A DNA stretch of 64,000 nucleotides from an uncultured Gemmatimonadales bacterium (lineage in GTDB: Bacteria; Gemmatimonadota; Gemmatimonadetes; Gemmatimonadales; GWC2-71-9), in the NCBI GenBank assembly GCA_963828735.1, contig CAWHFW010000005.1:544001-608000 (forward strand). The letters are read 5' to 3'. The notes below the pieces were generated by a model. The model was not told the origin of the DNA, ran no database searches, and worked only from the letters and a program-made list of their open reading frames with translations. Each line of letters starts with the position of its first letter. Position 1 is the stretch's first letter. The position numbers were made by a program, and so were the translations under genes. Positions 43,973 through 54,954 of this stretch are shown here, in pieces.

Positions 43973-44317
43973 ACGCTTCTTGCTGTCTCTACCTGACGAT
44001 GAGCTTACGGTGACTCTTCCTCATGCTACTTACGAGCGTCAGCGGACGCCCTGTCGCATTTACACAAAATCAGCGCTATGTGCCTTTAAGTCGTCTTCAA
44101 GGGGCCAAGTATACATCTGATCTCGTCGCCCCTGAAACAATTGCAACGCTGGAGTCGTGACCAGCACCTGTGTATCAGGCTTCAAGCGCGTCCCAGCCCG
44201 ACCCCTGCTTGTTCGGTTGACCTGAGCGCGTTGGCCATCGTATGACGCTCCTAGGCAGCTACGAATGCAGTCCATTGGGCCGCAGGTTCAAATCGCCCAG
44301 TCCAGGATCACATCCCC

Positions 44318-44710
44318 ATGCGACATTTCGTCGTCTACCACAATCCGGACGTCATGCCATACCCAGCCGATCACGTAAGCGAACTGTCGGTCTATTCGAA
44401 CAAGGTCGTCTCCGACCTACGAGGAGACCGCATTTGGCTGCTGACGGGCTCGGAGAGGCCACGTAAGTTCTTTCTAGTCAGCACGTTCCTCGTTGATGAC
44501 GTCGACACTTCGGGCCGTGAGGGTTTCCAGCTCAAAGCCTTAGGAACCAAGGGCCGCATCTTCAAGCCTTTTCCGAGGCTGGACGAGCTCCCTTGGTTCG
44601 ACGAACTGAAGCGGGCCCAAGGCAACTTCGCGTTCGGCTTGCAGCCCATCACGCAGCCAGAAGTCCTGACTGGTCTGACTCACGTCGCCGAGGAGGCTGG
44701 GGGGTTGTAA
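44318..44710 (+). CDS. Hypothetical protein (possibly PUA/EVE-like)
   Basis: Compact 130-aa ORF; LRGDRIWLL motif. Confidence 0.6.
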   Translation: MRHFVVYHNPDVMPYPADHVSELSVYSNKVVSDLRGDRIWLLTGSERPRKFFLVSTFLVDDVDTSGREGFQLKALGTKGRIFKPFPRLDELPWFDELKRAQGNFAFGLQPITQPEVLTGLTHVAEEAGGL

Positions 44711-44847
44711 AGCAGAGGAAGGAAGCGTCGTGCCGGCGCATGCATGGGGCCACGCACAATTTGGCGGCCGGGCTGCTCACCGCCTGACACTCCTCTCAGA
44801 CGGCGGCAAGATTTGCAAGCGAGAGATCAAGACCAGCAGAATCGCTG

Positions 44848-45123
44848 ATGCGCCTCATCTCTTGGAACCTGGCCGGTCGTGGCGCTAAGGCCCGCGAGCA
44901 CAGTTCGGCGCTGGCAGCCCGGCGTCCAGATCTTGTCGCGCTGCAAGAAGTTCTGCCTTCATCGGTATCCAGCCTCCAAGATGCGCTGGCGCAGATCGGG
45001 CTCCATCACAGTATCGTGAGCCCTCGCCGGCATACTCACCAGGTGACCGTCAGCCGCCACCCGGTCGCCAAGTTGCGAAGCTCTAATGCCCGAACCAAGA
45101 GCCCGCTGAGGGGCAAGCATTGA
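44848..45123 (+). pseudogene. Endonuclease/exonuclease/phosphatase family N-terminal fragment
   Basis: MRLISWNLAG...PDLVALQEV; only 91 aa. Confidence 0.7.
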
Positions 45124-45599
45124 CCACTACGCGCCCCTGGATTGCTCCACCCACCACCCCGCCGCTTCCTTCGCCGCGTGTGTGAGCATTGCCGTGAGAA
45201 GTATGGCCATAGCATCGCGCGTGAGCCCAGGCGGTACTGCACCAGAGCGTGCGAAAGCCCCGCAGTGGAGCAGCAGGCAATACCCCAAGCCGATCGAAGC
45301 CCCAACGCGCCTAGCGTCACTGCGTAACACAACTGACTCCGCCAAGGGAGCGCTAGCCTCTCACTAACTCTAGGCGGGCCCTTTTCTTGCTCCACTCGCT
45401 AGTCCTCACACGGAATCATTGGCGGAGCGCACCGGCTTTCCCGTTGGGGAACCAATGCGGAGGGTGTGAGGGAGATGTTGACGGTCCCGTTGAGGCTGCA
45501 ACGTTAGCCTAGCGGGAGCGAGGCTGTCCTTCATCTGCGTACCATCAGCAGGGTAAGAGGGGCAGGTAACTGTACTCACCGAGCAGGTGGAGCCCTAAG

Positions 45600-45836
45600 A
45601 TGCGCCTTCCACGCCTCCGGGACCTTTCGGAGATCGCTGTAGGTCTGGTGTTCATTGCCCTCATCGTGCTCGGCAGCTTGTTACTAGTTGTGATAGGTGC
45701 ACTCGCGCTGCAAATCTTCTTGGGGCTAGTGGTTGTGTTCGGTCTAATCGCACTTGTCGTCGACATTGCTAAGGAAGCAGTGAAACCCTTCCGCAAGCGG
45801 CGCAAATGTAATGGTTCGCATGGTCCACTGCAGTAG
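45600..45836 (+). CDS. Small membrane protein
   Basis: Long hydrophobic stretch followed by a basic tail. Confidence 0.45.
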   Translation: MRLPRLRDLSEIAVGLVFIALIVLGSLLLVVIGALALQIFLGLVVVFGLIALVVDIAKEAVKPFRKRRKCNGSHGPLQ

Positions 45837-46015
45837 GGGTGTTTGCGCTCCCGCGCGCCAAGCTCTGTCGTCCTGCCCTTCCCTTCGCGTTCTCCCTCAA
45901 CCCTCCCACATGGCCTCATTGGCAAGGCGCACTGACTTTCCTCTGAGTTGACCCAATGTGGGCTCACCACTGAGGAGCCGGACTGTGCTGCGGAATGAAG
46001 GCTACTAGATCATCC

Positions 46016-46438
46016 CTACACACTGGAATGGGGATCATGCCTCAGGCGCGCCTGCCAACGCTCGCATGCACGGTAGACATAGAGCAGAGGTGCATTCATG
46101 AGAAGGATCACCGCTGTGTTGCCCAAGAGTGCCGCCCGCCAAGGCAAGTGCCCGGCGAACCAAGCCATGCTCATGATCCAGAGGACGAACGCCACCAGGG
46201 CGCACGGGTGGGCAACAAACCAGAGAGGCGCGTTCATACGCACTTGCCGCAGTACCCTCTGTATGTTGGACACCGACGCTCTCCTAGTTGCTGACAGCTT
46301 GCAGATTGCCACGCAATATGTTTGCGGGCGGGGCCGAGAATGCCAATAAGCTTTCGTCCCCGGGGGGAACCGTCTGAGAAGCAAGAGCCAAGCCAGGGAA
46401 CGCCAGCTATCGACCTCGGGCGTTGGAACGTACGGCAT
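46016..46438 (-). CDS. Hypothetical membrane protein
   Basis: ATG-initiated ORF with hydrophobic segments. Confidence 0.45.
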   Translation of the reverse strand: MPYVPTPEVDSWRSLAWLLLLRRFPPGTKAYWHSRPRPQTYCVAICKLSATRRASVSNIQRVLRQVRMNAPLWFVAHPCALVAFVLWIMSMAWFAGHLPWRAALLGNTAVILLMNAPLLYVYRACERWQARLRHDPHSSV

Positions 46439-46492
46439 AGGGGGGCGATGCTGTGGGAAGGGACGTGGACTTAACCGACACGCGAAAGACTC

Positions 46493-47113
46493 TCAGCTAG
46501 GATGCGACTCCTCACAGGCTAGAAACTCAGCGATAGCTAGAGCGCGTTGACGCGAGCGAAAGCGCAGATGCTTCGTGAATAGGCAACGCACCGACTGGCT
46601 ATGAACTTCAATGTCCTGATACTCTATGTGGGCGCGAGCGCGGAAGTGGTCCTCAAAGTACTCTTGCGCGTCCCTGCCGTGAGCGACAATAGCTCTTGGC
46701 GTTAGGGCTTCTAGTATCAACTCCATGCACGCCGATACCCGTTGCGCGGTGGGCAACTCAGAGATGGTCCGCGATGCCGCAGGGAACACGTTCGTCTCAA
46801 GTATCCGGCACGTGGGCTTGTGGCCAAGAATCCACTCTATCATTTGGCGCGTGCGACTTACAAGTTCGATCTGTTCACCATTCTCGATGCGCTCCTGCCG
46901 CTCTCGCTTGTATTGGTCGAACCATCGAGCCCGCTGAAAACCCTCACCTGGCTGCCAGAAGTCCCAGAAGTCCGCCTTCATTTCAGTAGCGGGGTTCGCC
47001 CCCACGATCAGCGCCTGGCAATCGAGTGGCGACCCGTCACACACAAAGGGCCGCAGCGCTGCGGGCTGCCCGATCATTTCTAGCAGTCGAGCTTCGAAAG
47101 TTCGAAGGTCCAA
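46493..47113 (-). CDS. Uracil-DNA glycosylase-like superfamily protein
   Basis: LIVGANPA (motif A-like), ETNVFP, PRAIVAHG, TKHL. Confidence 0.6.
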   Translation of the reverse strand: MDLRTFEARLLEMIGQPAALRPFVCDGSPLDCQALIVGANPATEMKADFWDFWQPGEGFQRARWFDQYKRERQERIENGEQIELVSRTRQMIEWILGHKPTCRILETNVFPAASRTISELPTAQRVSACMELILEALTPRAIVAHGRDAQEYFEDHFRARAHIEYQDIEVHSQSVRCLFTKHLRFRSRQRALAIAEFLACEESHPS

Positions 47114-47117
47114 GGGC

Positions 47118-47930
47118 CTACTCCTCGGCGTGTGCCGGCAAGTGCCGCAACATCTTCAGAAACGCATCCAACGCTTGCTGCACAAAGTCCTGCCTCTGCG
47201 TGTACTCAATGATGAACAGATAGATGGCTAGATTCCGAAAGACCCGTCTGGCCGTCTGTGTGAAGAATTCATCCTTCAGGTCCTGCACATCGGGAATTCC
47301 TTGCGACCCTGCATAGAGGAGGCGGTTCCTCTCGTTGGCGAGCTTCCGTATGTGCGCGAGGATGGTCTTTGCCTTTTGCCGTGAGGCGAGCTGCTGTAGC
47401 TCAGCGGGAAAATCGTGCTGCACCCCGGCGAGTCTCACGACGCCGTGCAACGGCGGCTCAGGCATAATCGCATACTTCTGGCCGTTGGCGTCGCAGGCTG
47501 CTAACCGCAGTACAATGCGCGGCAGCTTCGATGTAGGCTTTCGCAAGATCACTGTCGGCTCAAAGGCCATCATGCCTACTAGCCCATGCTCCAAGGCAGC
47601 AAGGAAGGGCACCATTGCAGCCTTATGCAAGTGCCGGTGATGGTCTAAGGTGGCAGCGCCTTTGTAGTGTCGTGCTTTGAGCGCATGAAATATGGCCGTC
47701 ACTGACTCCTCGTCACCTGTGATGCCACGAAAGACGGCCATTGCGGGATCGGCCTGCCGAAGCTCCCAGCCCCTCTGAAGATGAACGATTGCGCTGCGAG
47801 CGGCGTGCTTACCCGGCGAGGGAGTTTTCTCGACAACCTGCCTGACCTTGTCTTGCCAGTCAGCTAGTGGGAGCGTGGCCATCTTTGCCTCGGCTTCGGG
47901 GTCGCGGATCAACGAGTCAATGTCCAGCAA
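47118..47930 (-). CDS. AbiV/HEPN-like hypothetical protein
   Basis: Helical; GDEES, HLHKAA and ERNRLLYA resemble AbiV-family motifs. Confidence 0.5.
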   Translation of the reverse strand: MLDIDSLIRDPEAEAKMATLPLADWQDKVRQVVEKTPSPGKHAARSAIVHLQRGWELRQADPAMAVFRGITGDEESVTAIFHALKARHYKGAATLDHHRHLHKAAMVPFLAALEHGLVGMMAFEPTVILRKPTSKLPRIVLRLAACDANGQKYAIMPEPPLHGVVRLAGVQHDFPAELQQLASRQKAKTILAHIRKLANERNRLLYAGSQGIPDVQDLKDEFFTQTARRVFRNLAIYLFIIEYTQRQDFVQQALDAFLKMLRHLPAHAEE

Positions 47931-48046
47931 GCTACCGCTTAGCTCCTGCGGCGAGGTTCCTGTGATTGGCTATCTGTACGATGGAGCGGGCTACTAGGGG
48001 GCCGTCCTCCGGCGAGGCCCCCGCCGCGCTTTGGCATGGCGGCGGA

Positions 48047-48080
48047 GGCTCGTGGACTTGGCTCGTGGACTTGGCTCGTG
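48047..48080. repeat. 13-bp tandem repeat GGCTCGTGGACTT, ~2.6 copies
   Basis: Direct reading of the sequence. Confidence 0.85.
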
Positions 48081-48083
48081 TGA

Positions 48084-49736
48084 CTAGGCTGGCTGCAGCT
48101 TTCCTAGCTTTGTGCCAAGCTCTCGTTTCACCTGATTGTTGACGTGATAACGGGCAACGACTGCTGCGGTGAGGGCTTCCTCAGAGAGCGCATCCTCCAC
48201 ATCCTCAACGGTCCACTCTTTGGAGTCCTTCAAGGCTTGGACTCCAATGACCGTCTCAACTAGGGCCTGTGCAAACCACGCACGTACCGTGTCCCGAATC
48301 TGTTCCCGCGCGCCCGGCCTGTCTTTGTACACCTTGACCCAACGCTCGATCATATCGGTGAAAACCCGGAAGTCTCCATTGATTAGAAGGAGGTTCTGAT
48401 CGACATGAAAGCGGGCAGCCCGGTCCTCTATATCGCCAATCTCGCGGGTGCCGTCCAAGACGCTGACCCAATGGATTCTGGGGAATACATCCGGGCGCAC
48501 CTCCCTCGCGGCAACGCCATCTTTCTTTTGGAATACGGCGTATGCACCACCGGCGGTTCCTCCGCCTGCCGCGCCGGTTCGCGCACTACCACGCGGGGTG
48601 GACGGCTTCTCCCGCTCTTGTGGTTGCCCGCCTCGACTGCGGCGTGCGTCGTCTACGAGCACTTGGCCGGTTGGGGTAAGCCGATAGCGGCTCACCTTAT
48701 AAAGATCGAGGTGCTCCTTGAGCCGCTCACGGATTGCCTCGTTCTGATCTGATTCGTGAGCGCCCGCCGCAACGCTCTCAATTAGCGCCTCGATCTCAGC
48801 GGGCATGTGCTCCCGGAACTCAGCGGCCCACTCGGACCAAGGAAGCGGGAGGTTATTCAGGAGGAGTTCTGTCCTGGGAGTATTGGTAGTGAGGTGGACG
48901 CCGTTTGACGCCGAGGGCTCCACATAGATCACGACCCGCCTGTGTCCAGTCCAGATGCCGAATTGCTGCAGTCGAGCCGAGCCGGATCGGCCTGTGTGCA
49001 TTTCGTATAACTCGTCCCGGTACAATGCCGCAATGTGGCCAGACGATTCCAAGAAGCCAGAGTTCTGCGTTAGCGCCGTCTCATCCTTGAGAATCCACCA
49101 GTGTGCGGCCGCATTCTCTAGTGCTACTTGGCCAGAGCTCTCCGAATGTTGACTCAGGTATTCAGCTTGCCCTACGACTCGCCGCAGGAGGTTGCGATCC
49201 TTGTCGGAGCGTGGGAACTCCCAACCCTCACGCGCGCGGATCGCAATCTCGCTCGGGATCTTGAAGTACCTCGTGTTCAGATACTTGGCTACCCACCGTG
49301 ATGGCGAGGCCGCGCTTTCCGGCGCTTGCATCGTGTTCGCGGAATCATCGCTGCCATATAGGATGATCTTCGTGCCGCTGCCGCTGATTGTCTCTGGCTT
49401 CACAGCATCTTCTACGTCAGTGAAGTGACCGAAGGTGCCGTCAGGGCGCTCAAACTGGCGTAGTCCATACTGGCCGGTCCTTGGGTCACGCCAGAGATGG
49501 ATCATCGCACCTTCACCGTTCTTCCAAGAGAGATAGATCAGGCCCGCGTGGTTTCTGGTGGCGGCGGCAATCTTGGCTCCGACACCATAGTTGCCCGCGA
49601 GGTCTTGTGGGCTCAGCGAGGAGGAAAGCTGGTTGATGTACTTGACCATCTCGGGGCCGGTCATCCCGTCACCGTTATCGGCTATGCTGAGCTTGTAGAC
49701 GCCTTCAAGGTCGTACTCGATCGAATCCACATCCCA
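48084..49736 (-). pseudogene. GHKL (MORC/Hsp90-like) ATPase protein, 5' truncated
   Basis: IADNGDGM and NYGVGAKIA present; N-box (E...N) absent. Confidence 0.7.
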
Positions 49737-49737
49737 G

Positions 49738-50560
49738 GCTCCCCAGAAGAACAAGGACGGCAGGACGCAGCGCTATTGGACTGCGATGACGAGTGTCCGT
49801 GAAGGCGATGTGATCCTCTGTTTCGTTAAACAGCACGTTGCCGCGATTGCCGTGGCGAACGGGCTTGCTTACACCAGCGATAGACCGTTTAAATCCAAGG
49901 AAGGAGCGGTGTGGGAGAAGGTTGGCTGGCGGGTCGACGCGACCTACGAGCCGGTTTCGCCTCGAATTCCAATACCACCACTCGCCAAACGATTGGGGGA
50001 GGTTCTACCCGCCAGGTACAGCCCGCTCACGCGGTATGGGAAGGGGGTACAGGGGTATCTATTCCATCTGCCAGATGCCGCTGCCAACCTCATCCTTGGG
50101 CGGTCAGGCATCTCCGAGAATCCGGCGGTTGACCCTATTGCTGATGCAGTGACGAGACTTCCACTCGACGCAACCACAAAGAAGGCGTTAGTAGACAGCC
50201 GGATCGGCCAGGGGCGGTTCAGGCAGGATCTTCTCAAGGCTTGGGATAACCGCTGCGCAGTGACTGGGCTGGCCCTGCCAGCGTTGCTCCGCGCGTCTCA
50301 CATTAAGGCCGTGGCGGGCGGGGAACAATGAGGAACGACTCGACGTCAACAACGGCCTGTTGCTGTCGCCCTCTTACGACGCCGCTTTCGACGCCGGACT
50401 CGTCTCCTTCGACGACACTGGAAGACTCTTGGCCTCCCCCTCTCTAGATGCGTCGACCTTGCGAATCCTGGGTGTAGACCGCCATGCGACGCTCCGGTTC
50501 GTCAAAAAGGGACATCGGCCGTACCTGAGCATACGCATCGCCAGGAGATCTTCGAGGTCG
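49738..50560 (+). pseudogene. HNH endonuclease with N-terminal EVE/SRA-like domain, 5' truncated, frameshift near 50310
   Basis: APQKNKDG..YWTAMTSVREGDVI; RIGQGRFR, CAVTG, LRASHIK(PW), NGLLLSP.YDAAFDAGLVSF; end approximate. Confidence 0.8.
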
Positions 50561-50815
50561 CCGGGACGTGAGGCTGCGAGCTGGGGGCCCAAGATTCAGC
50601 TTCGGCCTCGGCGGGATTGCCTGACGGTCACCCGCCTCAGTGGTCCCAGACGTCATACGGCTCGCGCTCACCCGGCGCGGGCCGCTCGACTAACGCCCCG
50701 AAAAAGACCAACGCGAGCGGCGCCGCCAGGGGGCTGCGCCGGTCTTCAGACCCTCCAGCCACACGCTCCTCCGCCGGAAAGACCCACGCAAGCATCAGAG
50801 ACGCCAATGTAACGA

Positions 50816-51499
50816 TCACCTACCGCGACTTCTTGAAGCGCCGGCGAGGACACGGCGAACGGCCTCATGGCTCACGCTCACTCCATGTCGCTCTTGGACG
50901 GTCTCCGCGATTTTCCTGAGGCTTGCCTTGCCCTTGAGTGCGAGCATTGTGCGGATGGCCGCCTGCTGCTTTGGTACGGAGGTCAAATGCGCTTCCTTAC
51001 CAGTGCCCTCGACACGATAGCCGAATGGTGCCGAGCCGCCGATGTGTCCGCCGCGAACGGCCTTGGCCTGCCGGCCCTCGTTTGTGCGCTCGAGGATGCG
51101 CTCCCGTTCAAATTCCGCCACCAGCGCTAACATCCCGAAAAACAGCTTCGCCACGCCGTTGTCCGTGACCGGATCCGGTCCCATGTCGGCGACGATCAGC
51201 CTGACACCCCCGCGCTTCCAAACATCTGCCTTGGCGAGAGCATCTGCGGCATTTCGGAATGCGCGGTCGAGCTTCGCGACTATCAGCGTGTCATGCCGCC
51301 GAAGGGTACCATAGAGCTCGCGGCCGGAGGGGCGGTCCTCGAGGGGCAGCGAGCCAGAGACGCCAGGTTCGTGGAAGACCCGGGCGACCTCAAGCCCCTT
51401 CATCAGCGCAACGCCGTGGATCTTGCGTTGCTGCTCCTCCAGGCTGGTTCCACTGGCCTGTTCGACCGTTGAGACCCGCACGTACCCGTAGGTAGGCAT
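50816..51499 (-). CDS. Serine recombinase (resolvase family)
   Basis: YGYVRVSTVEQ, GVSG, LIVAKLDRAFRN, AEFERERILERT. Confidence 0.95.
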   Translation of the reverse strand: MPTYGYVRVSTVEQASGTSLEEQQRKIHGVALMKGLEVARVFHEPGVSGSLPLEDRPSGRELYGTLRRHDTLIVAKLDRAFRNAADALAKADVWKRGGVRLIVADMGPDPVTDNGVAKLFFGMLALVAEFERERILERTNEGRQAKAVRGGHIGGSAPFGYRVEGTGKEAHLTSVPKQQAAIRTMLALKGKASLRKIAETVQERHGVSVSHEAVRRVLAGASRSRGR

Positions 51500-51574
51500 A
51501 GCTCAGATCGCCGTGAATATTTTTTTAGAGCCGGAGTCCGGTCGAATCATATTTTTTCGAGGCCGATACCAGGC

Positions 51575-51670
51575 CTTCGCTCCACCCACCCCGGCTTCGG
51601 ATTTGAGGGGGGGGTCGAGCAAGTACACCCGCGGGACTTCGCTCCGCCCACCCCCGGTTTCGGATTTGAG
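51575..51670. repeat. ~33-bp imperfect direct repeat (two copies)
   Basis: CTTCGCTCCrCCCACCCC(C)GGyTTCGGATTTGAG at 51575 and 51637. Confidence 0.8.
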
Positions 51671-52319
51671 ACCGGTCGACCAGTACGCCCGCTTCCGCGC
51701 GGCCCCGCACAGGCCTCGGGCGCTCCAATATGAGCCGGCAGCGTTACCTGTCAAGCTGCCGTAAGAGCCTGACAGATGGTCGTTCTCAACAAGCACGGGC
51801 GGTTTGTTTAACGTCTGATATGCAAGCGACTTAGACATCGCGCGCGAGGCCCAGGGGGACCCTGACTCCTCGACGACTAGGGCGTCAACAACGCCCTGCC
51901 TGCCAGCGTCTCACGCGCGTGCGCGCGCAGTGCGCCGCACGCCCTAGAACCCCGGCTCGATCTCCTGAGCGGACCCGTCGTCACCCGCTACGGCAGCGAA
52001 ACTTTCGAGCTCACCGGGTGTGAGAGCGAAAGGCGCCGCTAACGCAGCTCGTGACGATGCCGTGGCCGGACGCTACGGCCCTGTGCGATCGGACATCCAG
52101 GCTTCGCGCCGGATCTCTCGACCCAGGGACTCGAGGGCCTACGCCGGGCGCTCGACAACGGCGTGGCCCTCCCTGCAGCTATTCTTGGGGCGGGGTTGGT
52201 GGGGTCGAAGAAGAAGAAGAGTCTGTGGGACGAGGTGACCGAGTAAACGCTCGGAGCTCTCCCTTGCCGTAGAATTCGGCCTCTTCCGCCGCCGTGAGCT
52301 CAGTACCCTCAGTCTCTCG

Positions 52320-53127
52320 CCCGGACGAGCTAACCGGCCGCTTCAATGCGCATCAGAAGGGGCGACTCCTACTTCAAGTCGAGGAGGGATTCTGGGCTGG
52401 AGACAAGAAGGCCGAAGGTGCCTTGAAGCATATGATCACATCGGAGACTGTCCGCATTGAGCCGAAGTTTGTCGACTCCTTCGAAATTCCGAACTACGCC
52501 CGGCTCCTCGTTACGTCGAACAAGGAGTGGGTAGTCCCGGCCGGGCTTGGTGAAAGGCGATTCGCCGTTCTCGATGTCAGCGATGCGCGGGCAAACGACC
52601 TCTCATACTTCGCTGCGTTGCGCCACCAAATGTTCCACGAGGGTGGCAGCGCGCGGTTCCTCAAGTTCCTTCTGACCGAAGTAGCGGTCGATTACGGTGT
52701 GATTCGGCGTCCTCCAGCGACCGCAGCTCTCCTCGAGCAGCAGCTCGAAAGTCTTGATCCCGAAGACCGCTGGCTTATGGACCTGCTAGCACGGGGCGAG
52801 CTCCCAGACGATGACGATGAAGGGTGGACAACAAAGTCTGCACTGTTTCAGGACTTCCGGCAGTTCATGCAGAGCGGTGGCCGTGGGATGCGAGCCAGCG
52901 AGGTCTTCCTCGGAAGGCACCTCAGCAAGCGCCTCGGGTCAGCCGTGCGAAGTGACCGCATCACCCGCGAAAATATCCAAGGGCAGCGACCCTGGATCTA
53001 TAGCTTCACTCGGCTGTCGGAATGCCGTACAGCATTCGCAGAAAAGCTCGCGCTCAGTCCTGAATGGCCGGAGATCGACGGCTGGCAGCGACCTCCTTCT
53101 TTGGAATCGCTGCGGGTGCTCCCATGA
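52320..53127 (+). pseudogene. Phage/plasmid primase-helicase (SF3, DUF5906-like) C-terminal fragment
   Basis: TGRFNAH, VEEGFWAG, LKHMIT, VTSN, ERRFAVL; Walker A missing. Confidence 0.8.
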
Positions 53128-53543
53128 GCGCGCCTACCACCAGGGGCTCACACTTTGCCCCGCAAGTCAGTAGGCTCGACCTCTCGACGCAGTGGCGAGT
53201 TCACGCAAAGACCCTCCGCTCATTCGGAGCAACGAGTCAGGCAGAAGCTGTCGAGCGGTGCGCGTTTGACCTCGAGAATGCAATTGCCACCGAAGACGGC
53301 GAGCTGCTCACTCTTCAGCGCGCGGCTCAGCTTTCGGGCTACAGCCCCGATCATCTGGGTCGGCTCGTTCGCCAAGGCGCAATTCGTAACCTGGGACGCC
53401 CGAGATCTCCCCGCGTTCGTCGCGGGGACCTTCCAGCGAAGGCGGGAGCCTTGCCTCGACAGAATGTAAGCCTGCATCTTCTCGGGGCAGACCCTCGGCA
53501 GGTGGCGAGGGCCGTCGTAACCTCCCAAAAGGGGGAACGATGA
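53124..53543 (+). CDS. Excisionase-like HTH protein
   Basis: LLTLQRAAQLSGYSPDHLGRLVRQG; ATGA overlaps with both neighbours. Confidence 0.7.
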   Translation: MSAPTTRGSHFAPQVSRLDLSTQWRVHAKTLRSFGATSQAEAVERCAFDLENAIATEDGELLTLQRAAQLSGYSPDHLGRLVRQGAIRNLGRPRSPRVRRGDLPAKAGALPRQNVSLHLLGADPRQVARAVVTSQKGER

Positions 53544-54683
53544 GCCATCGCAAGCAGAGGGAAACGCCGTCCTACGTCACCGGTGAGAAGGGCAAGAACC
53601 GCGTCCGGGTATTCACCGACCCGCGCACGGGGAAGGTCTACCTCGAGTACCGAGACGGGCAGGGGCGGAAGGCGCGCACGGCATGTGGGCACCGCGACTT
53701 CGCGAGCGCCAAGGCGCAAGCGGATCAACTGGCGGCCCAGCTTCGCCGCCCCGACCGAGGCAGGTCGGGGCGATCGCGCTCGCCGAGCTCTTTGACAACT
53801 ACTTGCGTGAGGTAACCCCGACCAAAGGCGTCTCGAAGCAAGCGCACGACCGCCGAACCGCCGTGTTGGTGCTCGATATTCTGGGGCCGGCTCGGCGGGC
53901 AGAGGAGCTCACCCACCGCGATGCTGCCGGGTTTGTGGCCGAGCGGCGGAGGCGAGGAGATCGTCGGTCTGGGGCACGGCGTGGACAGCCGCTCCGGGCT
54001 CGTGCGTTGCAGTACGACATATCGTGGCTCAAAGCCGTCCTGGCTTGGGCCGTCGGCGCAGGTCTCCTCGATCGAAACCCGCTGCGTAGGCTACTCGCCT
54101 CCCACAGAATCGTCGCCCCGGCGGCCGATCGTAACAGCCTCAGAGTATGAGGCGCTCCTCGCGGTGAGTGACACGATTCATCCACTCTTCCGCCTGGCGC
54201 TCATCATAGTCCACGAAACGGGCCATCGGATCGGAGCGGTACGGCTGCTGCGCTGGACCGACATCGACTTCGAGCATCAGGTGGTGCGGTGGCGCGGGGA
54301 GAACGACAAGATCGGATATGAGCACGAGACGTGGCTTACACCCGGCGCGGTTGAGGCCCTCCAGGCCGCCCGGCGATTCGCAAGCCGTGATTAGCGAGTG
54401 GGTCTTTCCGGCCCCCTCGGACCTAGCGAAGCCACTTTCGCGGCACCTGCTTCGGGACTGGTGGGACCGGGCGCAGGCGCAGGCCAAGTTGCCGGCCGAG
54501 CCCGGACGTGGCTGGCACAGTCTCCGTCGGCAGTTTGCGACGGAGATGAAGCACGCGCCACTCAGGGATCTCTGTGCACTCGGAGGCTGGAAGAGTCCCC
54601 AGACGGTCTTGACCTGCTACCAGCGGGCCGACTCGGCATCGATGCAGCAGGCTCTAGCAGCACGGCGACGGTTCGAAGCCTGA
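53540..54683 (+). CDS. Tyrosine recombinase/integrase (about three frameshifts)
   Basis: ETGHRIGAV, NDK, HSLRR, GGW, CYQ catalytic set across ORFs 53540, 53683, 53921 and 54318. Confidence 0.9.
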
Positions 54684-54738
54684 GCACCAACGGACAACAC
54701 AACGGACAACATGGAGGTCAAGGATCACAAAAATGACA

Positions 54739-54768
54739 ACCCCGCGAGCGCCGAAACGCTCGCGGGGT
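54739..54768. terminator. Hairpin between integrase and the tRNA 3' end
   Basis: ACCCCGCGAGCG-ccgaaa-CGCTCGCGGGGT. Confidence 0.65.
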
Positions 54769-54783
54769 GCAGAGATAGCCCAA

Positions 54784-54857
<74 letters not shown>

Positions 54858-54954
54858 TGAGTCACTACAAGCCAACAACCTCATCTGCCTCGGCGCAACC
54901 CCTCAGGCCGGGGTGCTACCGATTGGTGCTACCGATTGGCTGGGTACGCCCTTC

